IMG/VR virus record: IMGVR_UViG_3300025084_002866
Location: 2,308-66,307 of that record
DNA length: 64,000 nucleotides
Reading direction: 5' to 3' (one strand)
Source: a virus
Lineage: Duplodnaviria > Caudoviricetes
The notes under the pieces were generated by a model. It did no database searches, was not told the origin of the DNA, and saw only the letters and a list, made by a program, of their open reading frames with translations. The position numbers and the translations under genes are program-made. Every line of letters starts with the position of its first letter. The stretch's first letter is position 1. Positions 32,663-43,635 of this stretch are shown piece by piece.

Positions 32663-35600
32663 CTATCTAATTACTATTTTCTTTTTACCACTTTTAGCTT
32701 TAACTCCGGATCTTATTTTTATTTTTCTAGATTTAGGAGGTTGTATTTTTTCTTGATTTTTAATTTGCCAAGCTGGCCAACCTAATAATAAAGCTACAGC
32801 TTGCCAAGCTTCCGTATCAGCTTCAGCCGCGGCTTTTAAATTTTCTACTTTTCTATACATTCTATCTAAAGGAAAGTTTGTTGTAGCTGTTATAACTTTA
32901 GCTGCAGATTCATAAGCTGGATTATCTAAGCTAAATCCTTTTTCAAACACTTCTTCTTTTCGCTTTTTACTATCAAATGGATATGCAGCACTTTGAAACC
33001 TAGTTAATTTACTTTTTATTGAAGGTGAAAAATCTAACAATTTCTTATAAGCTTCTGAGTATTCAGGATTATCTTTTTTAGATCTATCATATATATCTAT
33101 ACCTAAATTCTTTATTACTTGCAGTGTTACTCCACCTAGTCCTAAGCCTCTTAGTTGAGAATCAATCATTCCATTAGCTACTTTAAATAACTTCTTATCC
33201 TTATCCTTATCACTTGCTTCTATTTGTTTAGTTGACATTTCGCTTTCATCGTCTCCAAAGCCTAATGCAAAAGCACCTTGCTGCAACCCATTAAACATCA
33301 TATTTTGTAAAAAACCGTAATAAGCTATTCTAGAAACTCTAATCCTGTTACTTTCAGCTAAAGTTTTGCCAGGTATTCTTCTTTTATTAGCAATGTCTTG
33401 AATATCTCTTTTTTGCATACGAGCATACTGCATAGGAGTATTAACGTATTGAAGAATAACCCTACCTAAATCAGTTGACTGTTGTTGGGATATTTTACTA
33501 GGATCAGAAGATTGCTGAGATAATTCAGAAACGTCTCTCCATTCTTTCATTGCTATTTCCTCAGCTTCTTTTTCTGTTTTGCCTTCTTTCTTGATTAGAT
33601 CTTTAATTCTATTTCTGTAAAACAAAGCTCCTCCAGAAGCTATAGCAAAGCTATCAGCATACTTAGTTGGTGCGTATCCTTTTTCTAAAATATAGTTTAA
33701 AGCTGCTTTTGCTTTGTTCTTAGAGGTTTTAGCTGCGTCAGCTATTTCAGATTCGTTTATATTAAGCTTAAGCCCATTACGTCTATCTTTTAAATAGTCT
33801 GAATTTATTAGCTTTGTAAAATCTTTCCAATATTGAGGTTGATTTGCAAATGCTGCACCTGCTTTAGCTGGGTTGTTAAAACTCCAATTAATGTAATTAG
33901 CAGAAGATATTGTTTGCAATAAAGCTGATCTTGTATTTAAAAACATTGTAACTGCTGTAGAGTTGTTTATGTAATCTAAAACATCATTACTTAATTTATT
34001 TCCACCTGAAACTCTATTGCTACCAGAATTCATTCTAGTTAAAGAGTTTTCCAAAGCTAACCTATATTTTTTACCATAAGCAGCTTCTAACTTATTTAAA
34101 TTATCTTTAGAAAATATAAGATCTTTGTTTTGATTAAAATCTTGTAAATACTTACTTCTTTTATCTGTATTTAATAAATCCATTAAATCAGTGGTTATAG
34201 TTCCTACAGCCCAGTTTTTACCAGGTTTAGAGTAACCGTCACCTTTTGTTATACTTAAAATTTGATCTGCAAAAGCTTGTAGTTTTGGGCTTTCAGATAC
34301 TATATCATTTAACTCTTTTAAATCTGTTTTAGAAATACCAGGTATTTCTTGACCTGTTTTGTTCCAAAGATACGTTCTTACAGCTTGCTCATTTGTAAAC
34401 CCTGACTCTGTTTTAAGTCTTAAGTCTTTAGGAACATCTAGCTGCTTTTTTAAAGCTTTAAAATCATCCATTAGATTAACTCTGTCAGTAGATAGATTTT
34501 CCATAGCTCTACTATATGGATTTAATAAATTGTCTTGGTAAAACTTCATGTGAGCCTCTCCCTTTTTACCTTTTCCTAGAGTAGTATATAATAAACCAGT
34601 GAAATCTTCAGCAGATGGAGGTATAAAAAACTTTTGTTTTCTTGCTTTATTACCTCTAATTTCTGCTTTTATATCAGAAAAAACTTTTTCAGCTCCAATT
34701 CCTGTAGATTCTTCTATGTTTTTATTAAACTCAGCTGATAAGTCTTGAGAAGCATATGCTTGTTGAGTTTTTGATTTAACATCTAAAACTTCTAAAGCGT
34801 CTCTAACTGCTTTAACATTTTGAGGCGCATCATCTGCAAAGTAAAAATCATTATAACCTTCAGCTGCTTTGTTAACTAGCCAATCAGCTTTAGCCTCACC
34901 TGTAGAATTACCTAATCCAGTTATATTTTCTAAAGGTATTTCAATACCCATAACATCTAAAAACTCTTTAATAGCTGGAGCAGATTCAGGAGCTCTAGCA
35001 GTTAATATAAACATATCTCTATCGCCTGCTGATTCTTTAATCTTTTTCATCAGTTCAAACAAAGGTCCTTTCTTACCTTCAACAACTCTATTAAAGTCGG
35101 AAAAATCCATTTTCCAACCAGCATCAACTAGCCCCTTGCCTTGCTTAGCAAATTCTTCAGCTGTTAAAACTTTTCTTTCACCATCTTTTTCAGCGAAAAC
35201 TTTACTATTTGTTCTAGCAACTGTATCATCAAAGTCAAATACTCTAGCTTTTTTCACTGTCTTGTTTCTAACTCTAGCATTAGATATAGCTTTGTCCCTA
35301 GTCTTCAATGTATTTACAACTTGAGTTTGATTTAAATCTTTACTAGACATAGAAGCTTCTTTAAGAACTTCTACATTATTTTTAACTACCTCTGTTCTAG
35401 GATATTCTATTTGTTGTTCTACTTCTACTTTTGCTTTACTTGGTGGAAATTTAGTAAGAATATTTTCAGCTTCTTTTTTACCATATCTTTTTAATAATAT
35501 TTTAGCAATTGTATTTACATTTTTACCAGAAAAATCACGTAAAGATAAAGTTCTTGAAGGAGATCCTGGATTCAAAAAAGTAGTTAATAATTCGTCATTA

Positions 35601-38600
35601 ATTATAGGATCTATTGAACCACCAGTTCCTCCGTATTTAGGATCATCCTTTACTGCTCTATCAGCATCAGAAGTTAAAGATTGTGAAACACTATTGGTAA
35701 TATTTTCTAGTTCTTTCATGAACTTTTTATTTCCAATTTTATTTTTAGATTTTAAAAGTAAATTAACAAATTCTGTATTATATATAAATAAGTCTTTATT
35801 ATGCTCATTATGAAATCTTTTACCTCCAGGTCTTGTAGCTTCTCCAATTAAAGATAGATACTCCATAGGTGCAAGACCTTTAATTATACCTGTGGCTTGA
35901 CCTGTTTGTATTTGAAGAAAAGTTATTATATCTTCTAATGTTTCTTTTGTAGGGCTTTCTTTATAAACTTCTGATAGTTTTTCGTAAGTATACTTTATAG
36001 CTTCTCTATTAGCATCCATAGTTCTTTCATAAGCATCAGGTAATAATTTACCATTAGCATCCACTAATTTAGGATTGCTTAATTGATCTCTACCAAAAGA
36101 AGTTAAATAACTTTTATACTGCTCTCCTTGAGAAGATTCCCAAAGAGGAAACCTAACCTTAGCAGCTTCAATTTCTTTTTCCCATTTTTTCTTAAAACCT
36201 GTTTCGCTATAGTTAACCATGAAAACATCATCCATAAAATCTAGTCTTTCACCTTTGCTTTCAATTTTACCAAACACATCTTTAAATTCAGCTATACCAA
36301 AGTATTCAGCATCTCCTTTTTTTCCTTTATATTTTTTAAGACCAAAAGTTTTCAACGAACCTTCTCCAAAAGTATTTCTTACATACTTTGAAAAATTATC
36401 ATTTTCTAATAATTCAGGAAACTTTTTAAGAATTTTATTAAAACTTTTTATAGTTCTATCTCTATTTTCTGCACTAGTTACGTTTTTACTTCTAGTACCA
36501 GGGGCTATTGGTTGTAAATCTTTAAAGCCAGATAGCTTTCTTAAACCAGGTAATGCTTTGCTCCATCTAGATATGCTTAGCTCTTCTTCTTTTTCTATTT
36601 CTTCAAGAGTCATGTCCTCTCGTCTAGCTTGTTTCTCTCTTTCAATTTTTATTTTTGGATCAACTACAAATTTTTGCAAGTGGCTAACTACAGCTTTCTT
36701 TTGTTCGTCAGTAGTAGTAAGAGACAATTTAGTAATAAAGTCACTAGCGTTTCTTTGAGCAGCTAGAGCTTTAATATCTTTTGGTGTTAATTTTTCTCCT
36801 GAATTTAATTTCTCAACTACTTCTTCTAAAAAATCTACATCGTTTAAACTCATGGAAGCTAAGTTTTCAGACTTACCAGATTTTAAATCTTCTATTTCGT
36901 TAGCTGTTAATTCTTTTATTTTTCTTATCTGAGCGTTAGTTACAGCTTTTCCATCTTGATGTATTAATGCTTTTATTCTTTGATCAATCTTTCCGTTTTC
37001 TTTTAAAGTTTCAAAAGAACCATCTTCTTTTATACCAAAATATTCTAGAAATTTACTTCTATTAAATGGTAGTTTTTCTTGACCTTTTAATCCTGCTCCT
37101 GTACTTACCCTATCTCCTTGTTTGTAAAAAGCGTCTAATAAAACTTTTTGAACGCCAGTAGAAGTTTCTTTTAAAGATTCTTTAGCTGTCTTAGTGGTTT
37201 TACCATCAGGTAAAAGTTGATAAAGCATTTCAGCATTATCTACAATATACTGTTGAGCGGAAGTCACTTCTTTCTGAGATAATCTAGTTGAGGTTTTACC
37301 TTTAAAAGTTCCATCTTCATTATTAATTTTACCGTCTTTAACTCCAAAATCTTTACTTATGTTAGATAAGTCAGGAGTTGTTTTATAACTTTCTATAATT
37401 AAATTTGAATCTTCAATTCTATTATCTAAAAGCCTAGCTGATGCTTCTGGCTCTTGCAACACTGTGGTAACATCAAGTTTTCCTGTAGCTGGATCAATAA
37501 ATTTTTCCGGTATAGAACTAACGTCTCCACTGGTACTAAAAGTTTGATCAACAAGATTTTCTAAACCTCCTGATTCTCCGTCCCCTAAGTCTGACTCACT
37601 AATCTCTCTATCAAATGATCCTACTTTTTTTAATGTATTTACAACCTGTTTTGTGAATCCCATGTTTAAATAAGCGCCAACATCGTTTTTATTAGCGTCG
37701 TATCTCTCAGCGTATTCATAGAGTTTTAATTGTAATTCAAAAGCAGCTTCTTCTTTTATATCTTTTGACAATTTAAATCCAGTAATTGTTTCATATTTAT
37801 TTAATGAATTATATATTAAATTTTTATTATTGTCAACTATTTGATCTCTTTGTTTTCTATTCGGTTTACCGTCTGGATTTTTAAGTATTTCAGCTCTTAA
37901 TTTTCTATTATCTTCAACTATTTCTTTTGTAGTTTTCTTAACTACTGTACCTTCTAAATCTAAAGAAGATTTAATTTCTTTTTCAATATTAGCTTTATCA
38001 GCTTTTCTATTAGCTTCTGCATTACTTAAGTTATCTATATCAACATCTGGAATACTTTTTTTATCGGTAAAACCCATAAGCTCAGATACAAGACTTTCAG
38101 CTCCTCCTTGTCCTCTAATTCCTTTCCTAGATAATATACCTATATTTTCAACTACATCTTTAGCTGTTTTAGGTAATGGACTTTTTACTCCAGTTTGAAT
38201 TAATATGTCTTTAATTTCTAACTTTATTTCATTTAAAAGACTAGAAGCCAAGGCAGGATTTGTATAATAAGCTTCTGGACTACTTAAATACTCACCCATA
38301 AAAGATAAATATTCTTCTGCTAATAATTTTTTACCTTCTGGAGCGTTTGTATTTATATTATATTTATCTATAATTCTTTGTTCTAATTCTTTACCACTAA
38401 ACTCTCCAAACTGGTAATCATAAAATTGAGACATACCGTCTTTTGCTAAATTTTCAAGCGCTGCTGGATTTTTTTTATAGTACTCTTTTTGAAGTAAATG
38501 AGTTAACTCATGTATTTCTTTTCCTGGCGTATAAAGATCCATGTCTATAGTTATAGTGTTTGTATTAGGATCAAACTCAGCAGTAGATTTACTTTTTCTA

Positions 38601-41600
38601 AAATTATTTTTTCTAAATCTAGCTCCTCTACCAACCACAACGTTGACGCCTTTAAAATCTGGACTAAATGCTTGTATGCCCTTAACCCAAGGATCTACGT
38701 ATCTTTTTGTAAGATTGTTTTTAAAAGCTTCAACTTCTTTTTTATATTCTTTTACTGTTTCAGGATTTGTGCTTTCAAACTTTTCTCTACTTGGTGGAGT
38801 TAGTTCTACATAAGCTATTTCATATTGTATTAAGTTTTGTAACTCATTTACACCAGATGTTAAGTTTTCTACTTGTTCTTTTTCTTTAGGGCTAAGATCC
38901 TTAAGATCTCTTAGTAATCCAGGAGCTTCTTTTTCTCCATTAATCAGTCTAGTCGGTCCTCTTCTAACATCTTCTATCCTCTTATTAAGCTTATTTCTTA
39001 ACTCTATCTTTTTACTTGTAGGAATAACATCGTTCCCTTTAAGACCCATAGCTCCAAATCCGGAAAATATACCAGTTTGAACCATAATTCTTTCTTCAAG
39101 AGGACCTAACTTTCCATAAAGTTCCTCTATTGAAGTTTCAAAATTTTTCTCTCCTCTTATACTTGCAGAAACAGCACTAACTGCACTTGCGACTTCTGAA
39201 GACACAGCTCCTAATGGCCCAGATGCTATTAGTTTTTGAAAAACAGGTTGAAGAGCTCTATAGTTTTTACCCCATTTTATTGTTGTTCTACCAAGAGATC
39301 CAACACTAAAGAAAACAGCGCCAGTTCCGTACTCAGCATCTAAAGCTATTTGCATTTGTATATCTTCAACAATAGCACCCATTACAAACTTCTTAATACC
39401 TTTCAAGCCGTTATAATACTTTTTCCAACCTAAAGCGTTTAAAGCTTGTCCACCACCCATTAGTAAAGGCATTTCTGGAATGAAACTACCAATACCTTGA
39501 GCTATTTGATTACTTACAGATACTTTTACAGCTTCTTTTTGCTCTGGTGTTAATTCTATTTCAACACCTGACAATGACTTTACTTCATAAGCACTTGTTA
39601 CTATAGCTGAGTTTATAGCAGCTATTCTGTCTTGGGGTGACATTCCTTTTGAATATACAATATTTTTAGCTTCTTTGTCATTATATCCAAACTTTTCTAA
39701 AGTACTTACGAATGTAGAAGTTGCAAGAGTCTTTAAAAAACCATCTTTCTCTATAGCTGATATGTCTACGTTCCCAGCATACATGCTCCAATAAGCATTA
39801 GCTAAGGTTTCTACTTCATCATATTCTTCGTTATATATTTTAATAGCTTCAACATCTTGCTTGCTAGCCATGTTAAGCATTTCGTCAAAAAAGCCCTCAA
39901 AATCTCTTTGATCTATTCCTAATTGTCTCAACTTAAGTAAAGATATTTCTACTTCACCATTTTTATCAACATTGATACCAGCAGTTCTAAGATTATTTTT
40001 TAAAGTAGTATAACCACTTTCAAAGCCTGAAGGAATTTTTAATTTTATTTTAGACTCACTTCCTTGCTTACGCAATGTCTGTAAATTTATTATTTCTTTA
40101 TTGAATATATTACCAATAGCTTCTCTTTGAGTAAGTAAAGGATTAGACTCTTGTTCTGATTTTATTGAATCTTCAATTCCAGATTGTGCATCATCAGCTA
40201 TGTTAATCAACTTATCTATACTTGCTTCAGAAAAACCTCTATCGTTAAAAAAGTTTTTAGTTAATTCTCCGGCTGTAGTTTTAACTTCTACTGAACCAAA
40301 GTCCTCACCAAACCTACCTGGTATATTGGTTGTTGTTGTAGCATTCTCTTCTCTTTGAAGCTGTAGTACTTGATAATTACTTTGCTTATTAAACAACTGT
40401 AAATCTAAAGCTTTTAATTCATTCTTTTTAGCTTCTTCATCATATTCAATTGTTAACTCTTTCTTATTAACTTGATCAATTTTATTTTGTAATATGTTTA
40501 TATCTTTTGATATATCACCTTGCTTAATACTTAACTCTTGGTTTTTTAATTCTTGCTGTGTTAATTTAGAATTAAAATTACTTATTGTTTTACTTTTAAA
40601 ATCTTCATCAACTTCTATACTTGAAAGACTTATGGATCTATTTTCGTCATACTCTTGCTCTATAAAAACTTTATTTTCTGCCATTAAGTTATTATACATG
40701 TTGTCAAAAGAGCTTTTATATATACCTATCTCAGTATTAGTTCTTAACTCATCAATTAATTTTGCTTTAATTTGATCATGGTTTTCCGCGGTTAAAGTAA
40801 ACTTTTCTTTACCTGGTGTATTTTCATTACCAATACCATATTTCCAAGGGTTTCTAAAGGCATCTTTTTGTAATATATCTAACTCTGTTATTAAACTAAC
40901 CGCTTGTTCTTTGCTAGGATTTACAGCATCACCCGCACCTTTAAAATCACCTGTTGGCTTCTCGCCAACTGGTCTTATTTTTGGTTGATCATCATATGTG
41001 CCAATTTTTATTGACCTAATTCCATCTAGTCCAACTTCGCCAGTTGCTTTATATATTAAGTTAGACTCTTCGTTAAACTCAGGATTATCGTTTATAAAGT
41101 TAATAAAGCTATTGTATGCTTTTTTACTCTCACTTAGTGCATCTTCTTCTATTAAACCTTCTTGACCTATAGGTATGTTAACATCTCCACTACTTCTTCT
41201 ACTCTTAGTATTATATATAGTTCCTAGCTTTATAGTTTCATTTGTTCCAGTCTCTTTATTTATAACAGTAAAGCTATCACTACCTGGCTCAACTTGTTTG
41301 AAAACAAAATTAGGATATAAAGAATTTAGTTCAGGTACTATTTTTTCTTCACTTTTTAATTTAAAGTCTTCAAAAGATATTTTAACGTCAACGTCTTCTA
41401 TAGGTGGTATTTTAATAATATCCTTGTGTCTTTCTAAATACTCATCTATACTTAATCCATCTACATCTGCAGCTTCTTGTATTTTATCGGTAGTAAAAGA
41501 AGCACCTTTATACTTATATTTTACAGGTTCTTTTTCAACAGTATCTTCCTCTGTCTCAACTTCAATATTGTTTTTTTCTTCTGAATTAACACCCACTTCC

Positions 41601-41650
41601 TCAACTATTTCTTCAGTTGGTGTATTTTCACTAAGTACTTCTTCAATCAT
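32663..41650 (-). CDS. Giant virion (probably ejected) polyvalent protein
   Basis: 2995 aa, last gene of the structural arm; contains HELTH zincin motif, a sigma-region-2-like segment and a complete HAD domain. Confidence 0.8.
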   Translation of the reverse strand: MIEEVLSENTPTEEIVEEVGVNSEEKNNIEVETEEDTVEKEPVKYKYKGASFTTDKIQEAADVDGLSIDEYLERHKDIIKIPPIEDVDVKISFEDFKLKSEEKIVPELNSLYPNFVFKQVEPGSDSFTVINKETGTNETIKLGTIYNTKSRRSSGDVNIPIGQEGLIEEDALSESKKAYNSFINFINDNPEFNEESNLIYKATGEVGLDGIRSIKIGTYDDQPKIRPVGEKPTGDFKGAGDAVNPSKEQAVSLITELDILQKDAFRNPWKYGIGNENTPGKEKFTLTAENHDQIKAKLIDELRTNTEIGIYKSSFDNMYNNLMAENKVFIEQEYDENRSISLSSIEVDEDFKSKTISNFNSKLTQQELKNQELSIKQGDISKDINILQNKIDQVNKKELTIEYDEEAKKNELKALDLQLFNKQSNYQVLQLQREENATTTTNIPGRFGEDFGSVEVKTTAGELTKNFFNDRGFSEASIDKLINIADDAQSGIEDSIKSEQESNPLLTQREAIGNIFNKEIINLQTLRKQGSESKIKLKIPSGFESGYTTLKNNLRTAGINVDKNGEVEISLLKLRQLGIDQRDFEGFFDEMLNMASKQDVEAIKIYNEEYDEVETLANAYWSMYAGNVDISAIEKDGFLKTLATSTFVSTLEKFGYNDKEAKNIVYSKGMSPQDRIAAINSAIVTSAYEVKSLSGVEIELTPEQKEAVKVSVSNQIAQGIGSFIPEMPLLMGGGQALNALGWKKYYNGLKGIKKFVMGAIVEDIQMQIALDAEYGTGAVFFSVGSLGRTTIKWGKNYRALQPVFQKLIASGPLGAVSSEVASAVSAVSASIRGEKNFETSIEELYGKLGPLEERIMVQTGIFSGFGAMGLKGNDVIPTSKKIELRNKLNKRIEDVRRGPTRLINGEKEAPGLLRDLKDLSPKEKEQVENLTSGVNELQNLIQYEIAYVELTPPSREKFESTNPETVKEYKKEVEAFKNNLTKRYVDPWVKGIQAFSPDFKGVNVVVGRGARFRKNNFRKSKSTAEFDPNTNTITIDMDLYTPGKEIHELTHLLQKEYYKKNPAALENLAKDGMSQFYDYQFGEFSGKELEQRIIDKYNINTNAPEGKKLLAEEYLSFMGEYLSSPEAYYTNPALASSLLNEIKLEIKDILIQTGVKSPLPKTAKDVVENIGILSRKGIRGQGGAESLVSELMGFTDKKSIPDVDIDNLSNAEANRKADKANIEKEIKSSLDLEGTVVKKTTKEIVEDNRKLRAEILKNPDGKPNRKQRDQIVDNNKNLIYNSLNKYETITGFKLSKDIKEEAAFELQLKLYEYAERYDANKNDVGAYLNMGFTKQVVNTLKKVGSFDREISESDLGDGESGGLENLVDQTFSTSGDVSSIPEKFIDPATGKLDVTTVLQEPEASARLLDNRIEDSNLIIESYKTTPDLSNISKDFGVKDGKINNEDGTFKGKTSTRLSQKEVTSAQQYIVDNAEMLYQLLPDGKTTKTAKESLKETSTGVQKVLLDAFYKQGDRVSTGAGLKGQEKLPFNRSKFLEYFGIKEDGSFETLKENGKIDQRIKALIHQDGKAVTNAQIRKIKELTANEIEDLKSGKSENLASMSLNDVDFLEEVVEKLNSGEKLTPKDIKALAAQRNASDFITKLSLTTTDEQKKAVVSHLQKFVVDPKIKIEREKQARREDMTLEEIEKEEELSISRWSKALPGLRKLSGFKDLQPIAPGTRSKNVTSAENRDRTIKSFNKILKKFPELLENDNFSKYVRNTFGEGSLKTFGLKKYKGKKGDAEYFGIAEFKDVFGKIESKGERLDFMDDVFMVNYSETGFKKKWEKEIEAAKVRFPLWESSQGEQYKSYLTSFGRDQLSNPKLVDANGKLLPDAYERTMDANREAIKYTYEKLSEVYKESPTKETLEDIITFLQIQTGQATGIIKGLAPMEYLSLIGEATRPGGKRFHNEHNKDLFIYNTEFVNLLLKSKNKIGNKKFMKELENITNSVSQSLTSDADRAVKDDPKYGGTGGSIDPIINDELLTTFLNPGSPSRTLSLRDFSGKNVNTIAKILLKRYGKKEAENILTKFPPSKAKVEVEQQIEYPRTEVVKNNVEVLKEASMSSKDLNQTQVVNTLKTRDKAISNARVRNKTVKKARVFDFDDTVARTNSKVFAEKDGERKVLTAEEFAKQGKGLVDAGWKMDFSDFNRVVEGKKGPLFELMKKIKESAGDRDMFILTARAPESAPAIKEFLDVMGIEIPLENITGLGNSTGEAKADWLVNKAAEGYNDFYFADDAPQNVKAVRDALEVLDVKSKTQQAYASQDLSAEFNKNIEESTGIGAEKVFSDIKAEIRGNKARKQKFFIPPSAEDFTGLLYTTLGKGKKGEAHMKFYQDNLLNPYSRAMENLSTDRVNLMDDFKALKKQLDVPKDLRLKTESGFTNEQAVRTYLWNKTGQEIPGISKTDLKELNDIVSESPKLQAFADQILSITKGDGYSKPGKNWAVGTITTDLMDLLNTDKRSKYLQDFNQNKDLIFSKDNLNKLEAAYGKKYRLALENSLTRMNSGSNRVSGGNKLSNDVLDYINNSTAVTMFLNTRSALLQTISSANYINWSFNNPAKAGAAFANQPQYWKDFTKLINSDYLKDRRNGLKLNINESEIADAAKTSKNKAKAALNYILEKGYAPTKYADSFAIASGGALFYRNRIKDLIKKEGKTEKEAEEIAMKEWRDVSELSQQSSDPSKISQQQSTDLGRVILQYVNTPMQYARMQKRDIQDIANKRRIPGKTLAESNRIRVSRIAYYGFLQNMMFNGLQQGAFALGFGDDESEMSTKQIEASDKDKDKKLFKVANGMIDSQLRGLGLGGVTLQVIKNLGIDIYDRSKKDNPEYSEAYKKLLDFSPSIKSKLTRFQSAAYPFDSKKRKEEVFEKGFSLDNPAYESAAKVITATTNFPLDRMYRKVENLKAAAEADTEAWQAVALLLGWPAWQIKNQEKIQPPKSRKIKIRSGVKAKSGKKKIVIR

Positions 41651-41659
41651 ATTAAATAT

Positions 41660-43609
41660 TTATGGTGTGGTTCCAGTTCCAGTTGGTAAAGTTACATTGT
41701 TAGCATTGCCAGATGATACTGGTGTGTTACCACTAATGTTCTGGTTTATTAAAGGATTTGGATCTACATTTGTAGAAGTTCCTGACTGATTGCCTTTATA
41801 AAGTTTCATTGATTCTTTTAAAACTGTAGGAGTTGCCATTCCGCTAACTTTTCTAAGTTCTCTTATAAAGTTATCTTTAGCCTCTAAATCTTTTCTTTGA
41901 ACATAAGTGTTTCCACTTCTAATATATAAAGAGGATTTATTAAGCATTATTGGATTACCATTTACATCAACTATTTCCTGATTAGAACTTAAATCTGCTC
42001 CACTCATATACTTATCGTTACCATACATGTTTAACAACTCTAATTGACCTTTGAAATTATCTTTTTTCAACTTAGGATAATTTGTTAAAATAGATTCTAA
42101 ACCTACATTAATGTCACCTTCTTGAGTTTGACCAATTGGAGTTCCAAAATAATTGTTAGCAAAATTTCTTTGTGAACTTGGTATAGATATAGCTGAAGTA
42201 AGAAGATTTTTTGCATCTTGTTTTTGTATAGTATTACTTAACGATACGTCAGATCTTGAAAAAGATACATTTTCTTCAGCCATGAACCTAGCATACATGT
42301 CATTATAAAGCAGTTCTTTAGCTCTCTCTCTTTGTGCATATGAGTCTTTATTCCACTGATAAGAGTTTTTTACATCTTCTAAAGTGTAAACTCCCCCGGT
42401 GGGCTTAGGATCACCTGGTTTGGCTTCTAAAGGTCCACCCATTAATTGCCAATTGTTTTGAACAATATTCCCAGTATAAGAGGTTGTACCTAACCCGTTT
42501 AAGTCTATTTGTTCATCTACGTAGTTTCTTAATTTTTCTTTAGCTTTATCTAAATCTCTAATTTTTTGAATCGTAACAACCTTAGAGTCACCTCCATCGT
42601 CAATTGATTTTTTGTAAGTTTTATTAATTCCTTTAAAGTCCACGTTGCTACCTTCCTTGTGCCCGTCTAAAAACTCTTTGTATTTTTTACCATCTGTTAC
42701 TCCTATAAATGCTCCACCTGTTCTTTCTATTGATCTAGAAAGCTCTTCTTGAGTCATCTTAAAAGTTGAACCATCACTTTTGGTGTATCTAACAAAAGGA
42801 TCACTACCATCACCTGGGTTAATATATTTATAAGCGCCTTTGTTTACACCAAAGCTTAAATCTTTAGCTATATTTAACTTTAAATCAAACTGATCTTCAT
42901 TTGTGAAGTATAATGGAACTCCATCTTTACCTTTTTTAGGTGGTAATGGTAAGCCATCTTCAGTCCAAGGGCCACCTGGGTTGTTAGGGTTTGTGTGTTC
43001 TCCAATCTTATATAATGTAGCTATTAAAGGTATACCTTTAGTTCTATCAATATTTATTATCTCCTTTACTTGTGAATATTCTTCTTTTTTATAATCAAGA
43101 TCTTTTAAACTAGAGAAATTAGCTATCATTTGATTAGACAATTGGTCATCAATGGCTTCTCCAGGTTCATTTCCTAAAGCATTGTAAACTTCTTGATCTA
43201 GTCCAGCTGCGGTTAATTCTGCTTGAAGTTCTAAAGGTGGAAGATTTTTACTTCTTATTTCTTTATACTTTTCACCCTGTTCAATTGTTAAATTAGCTAC
43301 AGTACCTTCTTCTCCATAACCATCTTTACCAAACCTTAACTCACCACTTTTAACTTTTTTAGTAAGTAAAATACTTTTATCAACTTCTTTTTGAATTTCT
43401 TGTTGCTCTTTATTTAATAATAAATCTTGCTGTATTTTATCTTTTTCTTCTTTTTCTTTTTTCTTCTGATCACTTAAAGCTTTTTGTTGCTCTTTATTTT
43501 TCTGAGCTTGAACAGCTGCTATAGCTTTAGAAGTAGAATCACTTATGGCTTTCGATGCTTTAGAAAAACTAGTATCTAAAACTAAACTTGGTTGACTATA
43601 TGTTCCCAT
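41660..43609 (-). CDS. Putative internal virion protein
   Basis: 649 aa, N-terminal coiled coil; position typical of ejection proteins. Confidence 0.6.
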   Translation of the reverse strand: MGTYSQPSLVLDTSFSKASKAISDSTSKAIAAVQAQKNKEQQKALSDQKKKEKEEKDKIQQDLLLNKEQQEIQKEVDKSILLTKKVKSGELRFGKDGYGEEGTVANLTIEQGEKYKEIRSKNLPPLELQAELTAAGLDQEVYNALGNEPGEAIDDQLSNQMIANFSSLKDLDYKKEEYSQVKEIINIDRTKGIPLIATLYKIGEHTNPNNPGGPWTEDGLPLPPKKGKDGVPLYFTNEDQFDLKLNIAKDLSFGVNKGAYKYINPGDGSDPFVRYTKSDGSTFKMTQEELSRSIERTGGAFIGVTDGKKYKEFLDGHKEGSNVDFKGINKTYKKSIDDGGDSKVVTIQKIRDLDKAKEKLRNYVDEQIDLNGLGTTSYTGNIVQNNWQLMGGPLEAKPGDPKPTGGVYTLEDVKNSYQWNKDSYAQRERAKELLYNDMYARFMAEENVSFSRSDVSLSNTIQKQDAKNLLTSAISIPSSQRNFANNYFGTPIGQTQEGDINVGLESILTNYPKLKKDNFKGQLELLNMYGNDKYMSGADLSSNQEIVDVNGNPIMLNKSSLYIRSGNTYVQRKDLEAKDNFIRELRKVSGMATPTVLKESMKLYKGNQSGTSTNVDPNPLINQNISGNTPVSSGNANNVTLPTGTGTTP

Positions 43610-43635
43610 TTAATTTATTTTTATTATTATTTTAA

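Noticed and set aside
35222-35236. RNA polymerase catalytic motif (DxDxD) in the giant protein
   Set aside because: The sequence is DFDDT (DxDxT) and the other HAD motifs follow at the expected spacing; not a virion RNAP signature.
34359-41789. Plus-strand ORFs opposite the giant protein (e.g. 34869..35324, 36219..36758, 41175..41789)
   Set aside because: Antisense shadows with Ser/Leu/Phe-rich composition, typical of the reverse complement of Lys/Glu-rich coding DNA.
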